A stretch of DNA of 64,000 nt, from positions 72,168,001-72,232,000 of the forward strand of contig NC_083236.1 in NCBI RefSeq assembly GCF_032191835.1, given 5' to 3'. The position numbers and the translations under genes are program-made. Positions 1 through 8,962 of this stretch are shown here, one piece after another. This DNA is from Heteronotia binoei (lineage: Eukaryota). The notes under the pieces were generated by a model. That model had not been told where the DNA came from, searched no databases, and saw only the letters and a program-made list of their open reading frames with translations. The first letter of the stretch is position 1. The number at the start of each line of letters is the position of its first letter.

Positions 1-388
1 CAGAACAGACACTGCACAGGGGGGAGGGGCGTGTGTCTGAGTTTCTACGTCTCACTGTGATATGTAACCTCTTCTTAAAAGCTCTCTGCTGGACTGGAGA
101 ACCACTCCCCCCCCACCCAATGCATCTTGGGGCCGGGCAGTCTCACGCCTTACAACAAATACCTCCGCTCCCCCCCACCCGCCCTGATTCCCCTTGCAAT
201 GTGGTCACTGTTGCGTGGGGGGGGGAGGGGGAGAACAGAGTGTTTCAGTTCTTCCCTCCATGCACAGAAATCACTGCTTCGGCCCTGGCCTGCCCAGAAA
301 GCAGTCTGACCCACTGCCCACAGGCTAGCCAAAGGCTCTCCTCGCAGTGAGAAAAGGAGCCCCCCCCCCGAGCTTCCTTCTCTCTAGG

Positions 389-808
389 AGCCGCCAAGAG
401 CAGGACTTCAAGTCCTACAAGGGGATTAAGCTGCAGGGTCCAGACACAGGCGGGCATCGAGCAAAGGAAGCCACACCCCTCTCCTTGCTGGGGAAGAGGA
501 AAGGATGGTCACTGGCTGAGATGGTCTGGTCTGTATGGAAAAGAAACCACATTATTGCAGACCTTGTCAACACATGCCTTGGAATGGCCTGTGGCTTTTT
601 GCTGGGGAGAAAAGGCCTGGAAGCCAAGAAAACAGGCACAGAGGAAGCAAACCATGGGGCGACCTCCTGCCCCTTAAGCCCGGAACGGGGTGTGCAATCA
701 GGTTTCAGAATACTGAGAGGCACAGAGAAGAAGCCGTTTGGCACCGGGAAGGAGGGGGCCCAGCCTCTGACTGCTCCTTCCGCTTCAGGGCTCCCCTCCC
801 GCTCCTGA
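389..808 (+). CDS. Possible terminal coding exon of a gene converging on IST1 (PKD1L3 expected by synteny; identity not recognised from the peptide)
   Basis: Pyrimidine tract + AG acceptor (ttccttctctctag, ends 388), open frame to TGA 806-808, AATAAA immediately after at 809-814. No protein similarity I can confirm. Confidence 0.3.
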   Translation, partial: SRQEQDFKSYKGIKLQGPDTGGHRAKEATPLSLLGKRKGWSLAEMVWSVWKRNHIIADLVNTCLGMACGFLLGRKGLEAKKTGTEEANHGATSCPLSPERGVQSGFRILRGTEKKPFGTGKEGAQPLTAPSASGLPSRS

Positions 809-814
809 AATAAA
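809..814 (+). terminator. Poly(A) signal of putative convergent gene
   Basis: AATAAA directly after TGA 806-808. Confidence 0.35.
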
Positions 815-854
815 CCAGTCTGTGGTCCTGGCCCCAGCCCAGAAACACCCCCAA

Positions 855-860
855 TTTATT
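855..860 (-). terminator. IST1: Likely IST1 poly(A) signal
   Basis: tttatt on + (AATAAA on -), ~680 nt downstream of the IST1 stop. Confidence 0.6.
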
Positions 861-1532
861 GAGTTGACAGAGAGTGTACAAACCCACCACACAGTTCTAA
901 GAAAAGCTGCAGGAATTATTAGAGACGGAGGTGGGAAGGGAGAGCAGCAGCCCCCCGCTGCTGCTCCCAGGGCTGGTCCATTGCAGGAGGGGGGAGGCGG
1001 CAGCTTGGCCAGTAAGGCGGGCGGGCGAGTCGAGAGTCACACACAAGGCAAGTGCAGCTCTGGGGCCAAAGCACAGTCTGGGTCCTTCCAGGGAGAGAGA
1101 GAGAGGCCCCATTTCCCCACCAGCTGCCAGTCATACACATGGCCTTGCCCTCCCCAAAGAGAAAAGGAATAAAGGCCCCAGAGGGCTCCCTGAGAACGCA
1201 GCAGACCAAACCAAGCCATCTCGGACCAACACCAGCCCCTGCTAGGAACCAGCTTTTGCCCCACAATCTTTGAGGCTGGTACCCCACCAGAAGGGGGGGA
1301 GAGGAGGGAGGGATGCACGTATCACCCCCCCCCGGGCACTCTGCTCAGGAAGCACAACCTCAGGACTAGGCCAGATGCTCCACAGTCTCCCTCCCAGAGC
1401 AGAGGGTGTCAGAAAATCAGCGGCATTCGGTGCAAGCACAGCAGGAAAAAAGGCCCGGAGGAGAAAGAGAAGAGAAGAGAGTGCGCTGCTTGGCCACCCC
1501 AGCCAGCCGGCCCCCTTCCAGACTCCCCTCTC

Positions 1533-1720
1533 TTAGGTTTTTTTCTTCAGCTCCTCAAACCTTCGCGAGAGATCGTCAAAGTCAATATCTTCGGAGGCTG
1601 AAGTGCTGGCACCCGCAGAGGCGGCAGGCAGCGTGTCCGGAACAGAGGGCAGCTCTGGCAGCACAAAGTTGTCCTGTGAGCTGGGCGGTTTTGCCACCGT
1701 GTCTGGCTTCGGTCCAGACC
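1533..1720 (-). CDS. IST1: IST1 coding exon 9 (188 nt, TAA)
   Basis: SGPKPDTVAK...DNFVLPELPSVPDTLP...FDDLSRRFEELKKKT*. Confidence 0.95.
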
Positions 1721-4431
1721 CTGCAAGGGAGGAACAAAGGACGCACCATTGCCACTGACGCCTTGGCAGGGTCAGGCCACCCAGGAATTGCACCGTTGCT
1801 ACAGCTTCTGCAGCCAGCAAAGGCACTGGGGTTAGACGGGGAACACAGCCTCCCCCTCCCCATTGGGCAGGGGCAGCAGCCACAGAGACAGAGGAACCAG
1901 CTGCCTCCGGCCCCCTCAATACCTCTGCTGCAGGGAACGAACAACTTCCCTCCCTAGACGCCTTCAGGACAAAGGCAAGCCCTGTACTGGCTCAAACTAG
2001 GTGGCCAACAAGGCATTCTATGGCCTTCTGGTAAGAAAGAACCACCGTGAGCCCCACCCACTGCCTTCCCACAGCAAGTCTGGGCACCCAAAGAGTCCTT
2101 TGCTGCCCCCTTCCCCAGCAGCCTGGAGCTGACCTGGGCCCCAAGACACCTCCTCCTCCTCCCTCCCGAAGACTCACCAGCCATGCGAGGGGAGGGCACC
2201 TGCTTGTCAGCTCTGACATCATCAATCTGAAACAGGTAAGACCTGGGTTGGCACAGGATCCTCCCTTCACCTCAGCAGTGCAAGCAAAAGACACCGCTGT
2301 GCCTGCTCACTGCACCCCTCACCCCCCTTTGAATGGAGAAGGGTCCTGCCATGTATTTGATTGCACAAAGGACAAGAAGGGAGGAGTGTGCTTCCTTTAC
2401 CTCCATATCCTTACTTGACTCTGCTCTGAAAAGGCTCAGCTATGGAGAAAAACTAGAGGGTGGCAACAGGATGAATGAGCAGCACTCAACCTGCCTCCCT
2501 GCAGCCGGCTCAGTCGGGAGATGCAGCCAGGAAGAGGAGGGGAAGTCCTGGCACAGGGCCCCTGCTCCTCTCCCAAGACCAGACACAGCCCTCCCTCCCT
2601 AAGACTCGTTACCCAAATGCAAACAAGAACAACCTCCAAGCCCGCTTCTGCCCAACCTTCTCTCAGCTGGCCAGGGGACTCCACGGCCACTCTTTGCAAT
2701 CCAGTAATCGCTCTGGCACTTACCGACTCGTAGGTTGGAGGAGTGGCTGGGATCTGAGGCGGGTGAAGGCCAGGGAAAGGCTGGTAAGTCCCCACAGGGA
2801 GGCCGTTGAAGTTCTCCTGCAGGCCAAAAAGGGAAAGGAGACACCTCAGATGGGCAGCCCGCAGCCCCACACCCGCAGTGAGGAACCAGCTGCCCTTTCT
2901 TGCACTCCACCCCCCCCACCACCACCAGCAGTCCAGTTCCACTGAGCTCCCTTCCCTTCCTTGCGGAGCAGTAAAGACTTACCGGCCCTTTAGAAGGTGG
3001 GTAAGAAAAAGGGGGGAGTGGGAGATGGCATAGGCATTGGGACCAGCCCATCGGGGCCAGTCAAGGGGGCCATGAAGCCGCCACCTCCTCCGCCTCGCCC
3101 GCCTTTCTTCACGTCATCCACAAATCCCACGTCTATCAGATCTGCTTCCACACCAGCAGGAGCCTCAGCCTGGGAAGGGGGAGAGAAAAGGTTAGAGTAG
3201 GTGTATGTTACAAGCCAAAGTCGCGGCCACCTCCCATGTGACTCACCATGACTACGGAGTCTGGCTCGTAGGGCACGTTGTAGTTCTTGGCAATCTCAAT
3301 GAGGTACCTCTCCACTAGGATTTTGGGAGGTGCCTCTACGCTGAGCTTGTGCATCAGCTAGGAAACAAAAGGGTCAAGCATCACTCTCGGGTCAGGACTC
3401 CTCCCCAGCAAGAAAAACGCAAGTTTCTCTGGAAGGTTTCCTGGGGTGGACTCACCCGGTCATTGACAGTGCCAATCTGGTTACTCCGGCACAACTTGCC
3501 ATATTCCTTGCTGTACTTGGCACACAGTTGGTCGGCAACCTGACGGAAAAGGGACAGATGAGCACAGCAGAAGTGGCTTCTCAGCCTGGGGCAGATGTGG
3601 ACTAAGTTCAGCTCCCTTGAGGCAAACCTCGTCCTCCCCACCCCCTCAAAGGGCTGCCCCAAGCTCTTGAAAGAAGGCGTGTGGCTGGAAGCGCCACATG
3701 CGGCAAAGAGCAGCAGGAAGGCCCCTGCATGTATTACTCACAATTTTCAGCTCGGCAACCTCCGACTGAAGCCGAGGAGCAGCCCAAATGAGGGTGGAAA
3801 CTGCTTCTGCTAGTCCGGAGTCCAGCTCCCTGCGGGAAACACATCAGGCTTAGCCCTGCCCTACTGCCTCTGAGAGCAGAGACCGGCCCCAAGCAGCCCC
3901 CCCCCCCCGCCACAGCCCTGCGCCTCACTTCATCGACTGGATGAGGCCGAAGCGGGCCAGCAGCAGGTCGCAGTACAGCTCCAGGATCTCCATGGCCTCC
4001 ACCAGGTAGTCCTCCCGGATGATGTGCTCCACGCGGATGCGCGCGCGCTCGTCCTTGCCGGCAGCCAGGTAGTCCGCGATCTCCTTCCTCGCCTTCTGGG
4101 CCAGCTCGGCTGCGGGGGGGAGGGAGGGAGGGAGGGAGGAGGGGAGAGTTGGTGGTGCTGCCCCCCCCCCCCCGAGCAGGAAGCAGCGCCCCCGCCCCCC
4201 ACTCACTCCTCGGCTGCGGGGAGGGAGGGAGGGAGAGCTGGCGGTGCTGCCCCCCCCCGAGGCCCCCCCCCGAGCAGGAAGCAGCGCCCCCGCCCCCCAC
4301 TCACTCCTCGGCTGCTGCCCCCCCCGCCCCGCCCCCCACTCACTCTTCTTCTTCTCCAGGAGCTTCAGGCGGTTGATGACCAGGCGGAGGTTGACGCGCA
4401 GGCGCTCGGCCTTGAAGCCGGAGCCCAGCAT
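1533..4431 (-). CDS. IST1: IST1 factor associated with ESCRT-III (spliced gene, ~355 aa)
   Basis: Starts MLGSGFKAERLRVNLRLVINRLKLLEKKK, ends DIDFDDLSRRFEELKKKT (MIM1). Nine GT-AG exons: 4344-4431, 3929-4109, 3742-3829, 3456-3539, 3247-3357, 2983-3169, 2724-2816, 2178-2226, 1533-1720. One extra base in exon 6. Confidence 0.97.
2178..2226 (-). CDS. IST1: IST1 coding exon 8 (49 nt)
   Basis: IDDVRADKQVPSPRMA; tttcag acceptor, gtgagt donor; phase fits exon 9. Confidence 0.85.
2724..2816 (-). CDS. IST1: IST1 coding exon 7 (93 nt)
   Basis: ENFNGLPVGTYQPFPGLHPPQIPATPPTYES. Confidence 0.93.
2983..3169 (-). CDS. IST1: IST1 coding exon 6 (187 nt as assembled; +1 frameshift)
   Basis: AEAPAGVEADLIDVGF...VPMPMPSPTPP, then FSYPPSKGP in the neighbouring frame. 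Confidence 0.9.
3247..3357 (-). CDS. IST1: IST1 coding exon 5 (111 nt)
   Basis: LMHKLSVEAPPKILVERYLIEIAKNYNVPYEPDSVVM. Confidence 0.95.
3456..3539 (-). CDS. IST1: IST1 coding exon 4 (84 nt)
   Basis: VADQLCAKYSKEYGKLCRSNQIGTVNDR. Confidence 0.95.
3742..3829 (-). CDS. IST1: IST1 coding exon 3 (88 nt)
   Basis: ELDSGLAEAVSTLIWAAPRLQSEVAELKI. Confidence 0.95.
3929..4109 (-). CDS. IST1: IST1 coding exon 2 (181 nt)
   Basis: ELAQKARKEIADYL...FGLIQSM; cgcag acceptor, gtgag donor. Confidence 0.95.
4110..4343 (-). repeat. Internal ~98-bp duplication in IST1 intron 1 carrying copied splice signals
   Basis: gagcaggaagcagcgcccccgccccccactcactcctcggctgc occurs twice, near 4174 and 4272. Confidence 0.85.
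4344..4431 (-). CDS. IST1: IST1 coding exon 1 (88 nt)
   Basis: ATG 4431-4429; donor A|GTGAGT. Confidence 0.95.
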
Positions 4432-4990
4432 GGCGCGAGCGGCCCTCGCCTTCCTCCCTTCCTTCCTTCCTCCTCCTTCCCGCGAGCGGCAAGATGGCGG
4501 CGGGGCGAGGCGGAAGGATACGCGAAGGAGCGCCGCCTGCTGGCGGAAGAAGGCCCGGCGGAGGGATCCGCGCCTGGCGCTGAGGGCGGCGCCAAGCCTC
4601 TTCCGGGAGCGCGCGCAACCCTCATTGCGGTCCCGCGGATGCGCCTCGCCCGCCGCCCCGCGTTCCGCCCTCGGGCCGTTCCGCGCCGCGGAGACCAGAA
4701 CGAAGACCCGCCCGAGGGGGAGGGGGGAGGGAGGCCGCGGAGCTGCGCGCCCCCGCCCGCCTGCCTATCCGGCGTGCACGAGCAGGGCGCTCCCGCCGCG
4801 CCGCCATCTTCCGTCCGTCAGTCCTCTGCCGCCGCCGCCGGCCCTTTGTCCGCTGCTGTGCACAGCCGGGCGAGGACGGAGCCGGTAAGGGGGCGGGGAG
4901 GGGTGCCGCCCCCTCCCTCCCTCCCTCCCTCCCCCCGGCTGCGACGGGGCTCTTCTCCCTCCCTCTCTCTCTCTCTCCCTCCCTCCGCAG
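4432..4990. promoter_or_regulatory. CpG-island bidirectional promoter IST1/ZNF821
   Basis: Very high GC/CpG; YY1-type GCCGCCATCTT on - (4490-4501) and + (4800-4810); ZNF821 non-coding exon donor CG|GTAAG at 4885, acceptor ending 4990. Confidence 0.8.
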
Positions 4991-5013
4991 GTGCAGCCCC
5001 GGGGGGGCGAGCC

Positions 5014-5053
5014 ATGTCCCGCCGGAAACAGGCCACCCCCAATAAAGTGCGCT
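5014..5053 (+). CDS. ZNF821: ZNF821 coding exon 1 (40 nt)
   Basis: gccATGTCCCGCCGGAAA...GCT|gtgagt. Confidence 0.93.
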
Positions 5054-7644
5054 GTGAGTAGGCCCGAGCCCTGCCCTGCCCTGCCCGGGGCCGCGGGGGG
5101 GGGGGGAGGGCAGGGGCTGGAGTCCCCGAGCGCGGCCCCCTCAGGACGGGCGGCGGCCGCCAGCATCTCCCGCGGAGGGCCTGCCCCACCAGCAAGCGCT
5201 AGGGCTGCCAGGCAGAGTCAGGGCCCCGCCCCCGCCGCTCAATGCAGCTGAAGACATTTGTATTTCCAGGTCATGCTGGAAAGAAAAGGAGGCGAAGGGA
5301 CAGATGGGTCAGGCCACCCTTGCTTGGCAGGCAGGGTTTGGGGAAAGCTGTTTTGGGGAGTGGATCCCAGGCATTAGTCCCCTTCTGGGCCATCTTCAGG
5401 TAGGGGAGACCTTCACTGGGCAACGAGGGGGTGCCAAAGGGGGCCGGCGGCCTGACGCCTGCCCTTGTGCTTCCAGGGAAGCAAGTCTTGGTTGGCTTGG
5501 AGGAGCACGCTCGGCAGGCCATGATGAGAAGGGGCTTCTCCGGGCTGCTCGGGGAGCAGCAGCAGCAGCTCCAGGAGAAGGACTCCAGTGGCAGTGAGTT
5601 CTACCTCTTCCTGGGAGAGGATGGGACAGGGTGGGTTACACAGAGTGAGCCTGGGGCCCACTGCTGTTCCTCTGGCTCCCAGGTGACAGTGAGGGGGACG
5701 AAGAGACCACCCAAGATGAGGTCTCCTCCCCCGGCTCAGAGGAAGATGGAGCGATGGCCAAAGTGAAGCAAGAGCTCGACCCTGACGGGCCGCTTGGCCA
5801 CTGCCAGCAGGGGACTCTGGACAGGGAGGCAAGTCAGCCCCATCCAGGAAGGCGGGAGGGGGCTGGGGCACCGGGCAACAGACAAGGATTCTTGGGGCCT
5901 GGATCACCATCGGGACCAGGCAGGCACTGTGGGACCTCAATCCCTGTCATGCTGCCTTGGCTGACCTTAGCAGGGTCCCACTGAAAAGATACCTGGCCTG
6001 CTGCAGATGCCATTCCAGAAAAGGGGATGCAGCGCCCCCCGGAGTCCCATTGCTATGTGGCCTGCAGGATTCCCCAAGGAGTGCTATGGGGAGGAGGGCC
6101 AAGGTGGACAGCCTGTTTCCATTACTGCCCTAACCCCGTGCCTTGTTGCCTCTAGTTGGATCTGCATGTGAGCCCAGATGCTCTGACGGGGCTCTCCTGT
6201 TGTCCTTTGTGTCAGCTGGAGTGCGGGAGCAGGGAGGAGCTGGTCACTCACGTCTACCAGGTAATGAGGGGGAGCAGGGAGGCTCGCGGGCAGAGGGGGA
6301 GCGATCTTGCTGAAACTGCTGCTGGTTTGGAATGCTGACATATTTCTCCAGAGCACTTGTTTGAAAACAGTTCTTCCGCACCTGGGAAAGAGAGACTGCC
6401 CTTCCCTCCTGGCTTCCTCCCCTGATGGCAGAGGGGGTTCTGTATTTGGGGTGGGGGAAGGGAGCCCTTGCCTCACCACCTGGACTCCTTTGCAGCACAC
6501 AGCAGCTGTGGTCAGTGCCAAGAGCTACCTGTGTCCTGTCTGTGGCCGAGCACTCGGCTCCCCAGGGTCCTTGGGCAGACATCTTCTCATCCATTCTGAG
6601 GACCAGCTGTCAAACTGTGCAGTGTGTGGGGCACGCTTTACCAGCCATGCTACTTTTAACAGGTGAGAAACTTCTGGCCTTTGGCCAGGTGGACAGGGGG
6701 TGGACCATGCTGCGAAGCCCAGGCCTGCAAGGGACCGGGGGGGGGGGAATTGGGGGAAGCTCCAAAGGGCCTAAAAGTGTGTGGGAGAGTGGGACTGGGT
6801 GAAGGGGTGGGAGCAGCTCTTCTGGAGATCTCTAGTAATGCTTTGAGGGTTGACGTGCTCAGGCCACAGAAAGGGCTGCTGGTTGAACAAGGTGTGGCTA
6901 AAGCCTGTGGGTGGCGCGGCGCTGGATGCCCAGCTGGGGTCCAGAAGATTGTCTCTTGAGCTCCCATTTCTGTCCTTTGCCTGCTGCAGTGAGAAGGTGC
7001 CAGAGGTGTTATGTGCAGATGCCCTGCCCGTTCCTGTCCCCAAAGAGCCTTCGGGGGCTGACGAGAAGACTCCTGCCCTGAGCTCCCCTGTGTATCCGGC
7101 TGGTCTCCTCCTGGTGTGTAACAGCTGTGTGGCCTATCGGAAGTTCCTGGAAGCTCAGTCCCCAGCTGTACGCAAGTGGGCTGTGCGGCGGCAGAACGAG
7201 CCCCTGGAAGTGAGGCTCCAGCGGTTGGAACGAGAGCGCACTGCTAAGAAGAGTCGTCGAGACAATGAAACACCCCAGGAGCGAGAGGTGCGGCGCATGA
7301 GGGACCGTGAGGCCAAGCGCTTGCAACGCCTCCAGGAGACAGATGAGCAGCGTGCACGCCGCCTTCAGCGGGATCGTGAAGCGATGCGCCTGAAACGTGC
7401 CAACGAGACGCCGGAGAAACGGCAGGCCCGGCTCATCCGGGAGCGGGAGGCCAAGAGGCTGAAGCGGCGGCTGGAGAAGATGGACATGATGTTGCGGGCC
7501 CAGTTTGGCCAGGACCCCTCTGCAGTGGCCACACTGGCAGCTGAGATCAACTTCTTTCCGCTGCCTGTGGGTGGCGTGGAGCTGGAGGGCCAGCTGCTGG
7601 GCAAAATGGCTTTTGAGGAGCCAAGCCCTGGTGCCCCGCATTGA
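5014..7644 (+). CDS. ZNF821: Zinc finger protein 821 (C2H2 fingers + STPR domain, ~409 aa)
   Basis: MSRRKQATPNKV...; CPLCQLECGSREEL; HTAAVVSAKSYLCPVCGRAL; STPR repeats ETPQEREVRRMRDREAKRLQR. Exons 5014-5053, 5477-5593, 5683-5828, 6156-6260, 6496-6662, 6990-7644 sum to 1230 nt in phase. Confidence 0.97.
5477..5593 (+). CDS. ZNF821: ZNF821 coding exon 2 (117 nt)
   Basis: KQVLVGLEEHARQAMM...DSSG. Confidence 0.9.
5683..5828 (+). CDS. ZNF821: ZNF821 coding exon 3 (146 nt, GC donor)
   Basis: DSEGDEETTQDEVSS...TLDRE|gcaagt; phase-0 end required by next exon. Confidence 0.8.
6156..6260 (+). CDS. ZNF821: ZNF821 coding exon 4 (105 nt)
   Basis: LDLHVSPDALTGLSCCPLCQLECGSREELVTHVYQ|gtaatg. Confidence 0.92.
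6496..6662 (+). CDS. ZNF821: ZNF821 coding exon 5 (167 nt)
   Basis: HTAAVVSAKSYLCPVCGRALGSPGSLGRHLLIH...HATFN. Confidence 0.95.
6990..7644 (+). CDS. ZNF821: ZNF821 coding exon 6 (655 nt, TGA)
   Basis: EKVPEVL...STPR repeats...KMAFEEPSPGAPH*. Confidence 0.95.
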
Positions 7645-7724
7645 GCTGCTGCCCCCTTGGACAAAACGGCTGGCAGCCTGTGAGCTGCTTGGGATGGGAC
7701 CCCAGGACCTGAGAAGGGGGGGCG

Positions 7725-7730
7725 AATAAA
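7725..7730 (+). terminator. ZNF821: ZNF821 poly(A) signal
   Basis: AATAAA 80 nt after stop. Confidence 0.65.
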
Positions 7731-8929
7731 GACGTCGTCCGTGCCTTCCCTGCGGATTTTGACAAAGACTAGCACTAGTTACAACTATTCCCGCTAGCAA
7801 TGAGGTTGAGGTCCAGGGTGCTGGAAACTGTGGAGGGGGGTCCTAATGCTACCTCTCCAGTGGGCCATGGAGGCACGCACAAGTCCCCTTCCCCTCTTGG
7901 AAGAGGCATAGAAGGCTGGTTCCTCTTGGCTAGAAGGCCTCCTCTTCCCCCTCCCCCAGCTTCTCTGTTGGGGAACAAGAGCATGGACTTCATACTGCAG
8001 GTTCTGTCTTCTTTTTACTGAAGGAAGTCTCTACAGGCCTGTGTCCTTGGAAAGCTGCAGTTGCCTCAGAATTAAGAATTCACCTCTCCCTGGCAGAGCC
8101 CGGTTTGGATGCTCCAAGTCAGGGCAGAATTCAGCAACGGGCAAGATTCCCTCCCAAGGCTTAGTGGTGCCGAACAGGCAGAAGTGGGAAGGCCCAAAAA
8201 GCAGTCAAGGAACTTGGCCCGTGTGCAGGAAGACCAGGAGCTGATTGCTGGGGCCTGGAGACTGGTGGAAAGAAACAGGTGGTTGCTTAGAACTGATGAT
8301 CTCTTGTCATGCCTGCAGATCCCCTTCGCAAGAGAAAGCCGCCTTAAAATTCCGTGCTCGGCCGTGGCAGACTCCCTCCTGAAATCCTCCTCCTCACAGC
8401 ATTTAACTCCTCAGCAATTGGTGCAATTCCTGATTCACTCAGAGGATACCCTTTTGCTGCTTCATCTGGCAGAAAAATGTTGAACTCACTTTTGCTAGCC
8501 TTTTCCCTCTCCCCGTGGGCATGTGGGGTGGGGGGAGCCCCCCCCCCCCTTAGGCTTCTCTGGGCCCTTCTGCCTGGTCTGCTGGAGAGGAGGCGGGCAG
8601 CAGCGGATGAGCCGGAGACACCTTTCTGTCCTTGTCGACTCCCAGCAGTCACCTCCACGCTTGTGGGTCCTCCTAAATGGCTACAGCAACCCAAAAGACT
8701 GCTGAAATGGGTGGCCACCCTGGAAGGCTACAATTCTGCCTTGGCTGCTGGGCACCGACCAGAGGCATGGGAGGCGTTATCAATGCCCTGCCTCCCTCCG
8801 CCTTTCCTTGACCACTCCAGTGACTTGTTCCCCTGCTGCTGCAGTCAGCATGCCCTGCTGCCCCCCCTCCCGAAACACCAAGCAGGCACAACAAAGGAAA
8901 AGCTATTGATTTATAATATAGATATGTGT

Positions 8930-8962
8930 ACATATATGTGTGTGTATATATATATATATATA
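8930..8962. repeat. (TG)n(TA)n microsatellite
   Basis: atatatgtgtgtgtatatatatatatata. Confidence 0.85.

Noticed and set aside
4024-5061. 345-aa + strand ORF and other long ORFs in the CpG island
   Set aside because: Stop-poor GC-rich DNA antisense to IST1; low-complexity G/P/R/A composition; only the last 14 codons are real ZNF821
5541-5575. PolyQ expansion in ZNF821 (or in ATXN1L)
   Set aside because: Only four CAG codons in ZNF821; ATXN1L has no Q tract
6850-6989. N-terminal part of the 264-aa ORF
   Set aside because: Intron sequence; the ZNF821 exon begins at 6990
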